From: a virus
IMG/VR virus record: IMGVR_UViG_3300009502_001749
Coordinates: 23,837 to 87,836 of that record
Strand: one strand, 5' to 3'
Length of the DNA stretch: 64,000 nucleotides
Within the stretch, counting starts at the first letter, position 1, and the number at the start of each line of letters is the position of its first letter. Under the pieces are notes generated by a model, which saw only the letters and a list, made by a program, of their open reading frames with translations, did no database searches and was not told the origin of the DNA. Below are positions 60,529-64,000 of the stretch, one piece after another. The translations under genes were made by a program, and so were the position numbers.

Positions 60529-61825
60529 TTTTGTTTTTATTCTCCTTTCTTTCTTGTCGTATTTCTTTCCATGATTTTTGATTATCGCTGCGATCTTTTA
60601 AACTCAAAATTGGCTTAAATTTATCAATAACAGTTGCAGTCGGTTCAATTAACATTTCAGTTAATGCACTATCTTTATATGCATCTGGAGATTCATCTAA
60701 TGTTGAAGCACAAACACTTGTTGAATATATTCCTTTCATATCTTTTTCAAATTTTTCAAGTTTTAATGTAGCTTTTGCTTGTTCTCTACTTAATAATCTT
60801 CCAGCTCCATGAGGAGCAGAATAATTCCAATCTGGATTACTTTTACCTTCACATAGAAGAATACCATCTCTCATATTTAATGGAATAACCATTTTTTGTC
60901 CGATATACGAAGAGATAGCTCCTTTTCTAATTATGTTATCTTTTGGATTTATATAATTATGAACAGTTTCAATATAATTTGTTGATTTAGTATTTAGAAG
61001 ATTTTTAATGGTTTTCATAATTAAGGCTCTATTATAGTGAGCATATAATTCAATAAATCCCATATCATCTAAATAATCTTTAGCATGTTGATCTTGTAAA
61101 AATGATAAATCGTTTGGAACATTTCCAACAAATAAATTTTCTCTTAATTTGTTTATATTATGTTCTATTTCTTTACCTTTATAATCACTTTTAATTCGAT
61201 TAATTTCTTTGATATAAAACTCTTTTTTTGGTTTATTAATATCTTCTTCTGCTATATTTTGATGATATTCGCAGATTTTTTTACCAAAATTTCTTGAACC
61301 ACTATGTATAATTATACAAGGCTTTCCAGTTTTTTCTGAAACACCAATTTCTATAAAATGATTACCACCACCTAATGTTCCGAGTGAACATTCTGCATAT
61401 TCTAAATCAATTCCAATTTGTTTACATTTCTTTTTAAACCAATTATAATCATATTTAAACCATTTAAGTTGTTCCCATTTATCAAATAATGGTGAATTAT
61501 GAACATTGGTTCCGAATGGAATTTGTTCTCTAATCATTTCATCCAATGTTTTCAAATCAATACGATTAATTTCATCTTTATTAATCTCAAGAAAAAGCAT
61601 TCCACAATCACCATCAACACCAATTACATTAGGAATAATTTTATCAGTTTTTTCCATAGTGAATCCAATCACAGAACCTGTTCCAGAATGTGTATCTGGC
61701 ATTATTACTACTCTATTTGTGAATGCTGGATGACTAATAAAGTGATGAATTTGATTAATACAAGTTTCATCTATTTCTTCTGCATAGATTATTGCTGTTG
61801 TATATTTTCCTTTTATTTCAAACAT
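60515..61825 (-). CDS. rtcB: RtcB-family RNA ligase
   Basis: MPDTH, GVDGDCG, GTLGGGNHFIE, HSGSR, HNY, RKGA, SAPHGAGR, DESPDAYK. Confidence 0.93.
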   Translation of the reverse strand: MFEIKGKYTTAIIYAEEIDETCINQIHHFISHPAFTNRVVIMPDTHSGTGSVIGFTMEKTDKIIPNVIGVDGDCGMLFLEINKDEINRIDLKTLDEMIREQIPFGTNVHNSPLFDKWEQLKWFKYDYNWFKKKCKQIGIDLEYAECSLGTLGGGNHFIEIGVSEKTGKPCIIIHSGSRNFGKKICEYHQNIAEEDINKPKKEFYIKEINRIKSDYKGKEIEHNINKLRENLFVGNVPNDLSFLQDQHAKDYLDDMGFIELYAHYNRALIMKTIKNLLNTKSTNYIETVHNYINPKDNIIRKGAISSYIGQKMVIPLNMRDGILLCEGKSNPDWNYSAPHGAGRLLSREQAKATLKLEKFEKDMKGIYSTSVCASTLDESPDAYKDSALTEMLIEPTATVIDKFKPILSLKDRSDNQKSWKEIRQERKENKNKNANN

Positions 61826-61964
61826 TTTATACTCTCGTCTTTTTTAATAATATTTAAATATTTTTTACATGTTACTCTTTTTTTATCATTACTCCAAGTA
61901 TGACCTGAAGCTAATGATTTTGAATCAGAACATGGAATAGTATCATTTTTGACCCAATGTGTTT

Positions 61965-62195
61965 TCATGGTCTCAAAATAATATTGTATATTTTATTATC
62001 ATGAATTAATCCACCAAGTTTAATAGCTTCATCCATTCTTTGTTTATATAATTGTCTACTAACTACTAAACCAAAACATGTTCCTATCATTATCCAAATT
62101 AATAGAATTGTTAAATGAGATTTAACCCATAAACTAATTTTATGACCTTTCATAATTTCATTTTTTGTATGTTCTAAAAATTCATCACCAGTCAT
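61965..62195 (-). CDS. Small membrane protein
   Basis: Single TM segment; RBS AGGAG. Confidence 0.55.
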   Translation of the reverse strand: MTGDEFLEHTKNEIMKGHKISLWVKSHLTILLIWIMIGTCFGLVVSRQLYKQRMDEAIKLGGLIHDNKIYNIILRP

Positions 62196-62196
62196 T

Positions 62197-62688
62197 TTAT
62201 GTCTCCTTTATTATATTTTCTTTTATAAAATCTAAAAGATTACCACCTTCAAATTTAAATCCTCTTATTCCAATACGTTGTGCCGCTAACATATCTTTAT
62301 CACGATCCCCAATCATAAAAGAATTATCTAAATCAATTGGACCTTTATCATATATAGCTTTCATAAATAATTCTGTTTTAGGTTTTCTACATAAACATTC
62401 TTCTTCTTTAGTATGTGGACAAATATAGAATCCATCGATTTTTTTGCCGATATTAACTTTTAATGTTTTATTTATCCATTTATGTAACTCATCAACTTGA
62501 TTTCTTGTATATAAACCTTTATTAATACCACTTTGGTTAGTGATAATAATAATTTTATATCCTTCTTTCTTTAATAGTTTTATAGCTTCTTTAACTCCAT
62601 CAATCCATTTGAAATCTACTTTATCCCAAACATATCCAACGTCATGATTAATAACACCATCACGATCTAAGAAAGCAATTTTATTCAT
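62197..62688 (-). CDS. gmhB: D-glycero-D-manno-heptose 1,7-bisphosphate phosphatase (HAD)
   Basis: FLDRDGVIN, TNQSG, CPH...CLCRKP, MIGDRDKD. Confidence 0.88.
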   Translation of the reverse strand: MNKIAFLDRDGVINHDVGYVWDKVDFKWIDGVKEAIKLLKKEGYKIIIITNQSGINKGLYTRNQVDELHKWINKTLKVNIGKKIDGFYICPHTKEEECLCRKPKTELFMKAIYDKGPIDLDNSFMIGDRDKDMLAAQRIGIRGFKFEGGNLLDFIKENIIKET

Positions 62689-62996
62689 ATTTTATCCTTA
62701 TCAAAATGACCAACATCATAATGTTGTTTTAATTCTTCCATATTATTAATCACAACACCACATTTACAAGTTACTATTTCTTTTCCTCTTACAGATTCAA
62801 TAACTTCATCAAAAGTTGGTCTTATTGATTTTAATAAAAGATTAGAAATGAAATTTACTTGATTAATACATTCATTTATTTTATTCCATATTTCACTTTG
62901 CCAATTATGTCTTGCTTGTGCTCCTTGTTGTTGTCCAGTTAATTCATCTATTATTTCTTCAAAAAATGGTGGTAAATGTTCAATTATTTTTATCAT
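62685..62996 (-). CDS. Hypothetical protein with a C2H2-like end
   Basis: CKCG...HY...H; overlaps both neighbours. Confidence 0.55.
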   Translation of the reverse strand: MIKIIEHLPPFFEEIIDELTGQQQGAQARHNWQSEIWNKINECINQVNFISNLLLKSIRPTFDEVIESVRGKEIVTCKCGVVINNMEELKQHYDVGHFDKDKI

Positions 62997-63927
62997 AATA
63001 AATCTCCTCTTTTAATTCTTCTTGAGTTATAGCGGCAGTTCCGCGTTTTTCAACAACAAGTCCTGCTGCCATATTTGATAATTCAACCGCTTGTTCAATT
63101 TCTGCTCCGGCACCAATTGCCAAAGCTAAAACAGCAACAACTGTATCTCCTGCGCCGCTAACATCAAATAATCTTTTAGCTGTTGGTGGAAAATCTAATC
63201 GTTCTTTATCTCTACGAAGAAGAGTCATACCATTTTCACCTCTAGTTATGAGAATATTTTTAATATCATATGTTCCAGTTAAATAATTCAAACTATCAAT
63301 ATCAATACTTTCAGTTGCAAGAAATAATTCTTTCATATTTGGAGTTATAATAGTTGCTCCAGAATATTTTATCCAATTTTTTCTTTTAGGATCTATTATA
63401 ATTGGTTTATTTTTGAAATGTAGTTTTATCACATCTAATATATCATCTGTTATTGTTCCTTTATCATAATCAGATATCACAACAACATCAACATCTTCAT
63501 AATTATTTATTATGTCAAAAATTATTTTTTGTTCATCTGTTGTACATATTTTATGTTGAGGTTCTGTGTCTATTCTCACAATTTGTTGATTATGAGCAAT
63601 AATTCTATTTTTAGTTATAGTTGACCAAAAAGGATCAATAATTATATTATGATCTATATTAAAATAATCAATTAAACTAGCAAGAATTATTCCAGAATCA
63701 TCATCACCAATAACACCTATTATATTTACATTTCCATTAAGAGATTTAATATTATATGCAGTATTACCAGCTCCACCTGGTCTCATAATAGATTTTTCAA
63801 ATTTTACAATTGGAATTGGGGCTTCTGGTGATATTCTATTAACAGTTCCATAAGTATATTTATCTAACATTACATCACCAATGATGAGAATTTTAACTTT
63901 ATTAAATTTTTCGATTATCTCTTTCAT
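62980..63927 (-). CDS. Heptose-7-phosphate kinase (HldE/RfaE domain I, PfkB family)
   Basis: GDVMLD...RISPEAP...GGAGN...SDYDKG...DPK...TPN...DVSGAGDT. Confidence 0.9.
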   Translation of the reverse strand: MKEIIEKFNKVKILIIGDVMLDKYTYGTVNRISPEAPIPIVKFEKSIMRPGGAGNTAYNIKSLNGNVNIIGVIGDDDSGIILASLIDYFNIDHNIIIDPFWSTITKNRIIAHNQQIVRIDTEPQHKICTTDEQKIIFDIINNYEDVDVVVISDYDKGTITDDILDVIKLHFKNKPIIIDPKRKNWIKYSGATIITPNMKELFLATESIDIDSLNYLTGTYDIKNILITRGENGMTLLRRDKERLDFPPTAKRLFDVSGAGDTVVAVLALAIGAGAEIEQAVELSNMAAGLVVEKRGTAAITQEELKEEIYYDKNN

Positions 63928-64000
63928 TTTTTATCCTTTTTCTCATAACATTCAATACATATTGAACCATTAAAACAATAATGACCTTCAATAATACATA

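Noticed and set aside
2223-62428. Short alternative-frame and antisense ORFs in the track (e.g. 2223, 7907, 8900, 9377, 16229, 24549, 31470, 45646, 61499, 62165)
   Set aside because: They overlap well-supported genes or ribozyme cores, lack an RBS and have shadow-ORF composition.
1940-63037. TGCCG motif as the Neisseria DNA uptake sequence
   Set aside because: Only the first bases match; the TCTGAA part is absent. Kept as an analogy only.
1-64000. Genome-wide stop-codon reassignment (TAG or TGA)
   Set aside because: Long ORFs are intact in code 11 and TAG/TGA stops abut the next RBS or start. Gene breaks are explained by introns or single indels.

Overview
AT-rich segment of a large T4-like/jumbo myophage genome. 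The + strand (about 1-57.1 kb) carries the morphogenesis core: gp5-like spike, gp6/gp7/gp25/gp26-like baseplate parts, terminase, tape measure with an SLT domain, portal, gp21-like prohead protease, gp23-like major capsid, sheath and tube. RecA/UvsX, a DnaB-like helicase, a Cas4-like nuclease and several small enzymes are interspersed. A convergent - strand block (57.2-64 kb) encodes a metallophosphoesterase, RtcB, GmhB and an HldE-type heptose kinase. Four sequence-level patterns stand out. (1) At least 15 otherwise unrelated proteins share an N-terminal leader (MISVxxLFE / MKxIREQLFE) ending in a T4-type prohead protease site, which suggests a modular capsid-cargo addressing system. (2) Five group I introns split recA, terL, helicase, portal and major capsid. 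All splice in frame, four carry HNH genes, and they share mosaic, near-identical ribozyme cores. (3) A TGCCGNT motif is strongly over-represented, both as singlets inside genes and as eight long palindromes. (4) A candidate phage promoter, TATAGAAATWAT, recurs upstream of mostly non-structural genes. No tRNA, rRNA or CRISPR array was seen. All family calls come from motif recognition by eye, not database searches.
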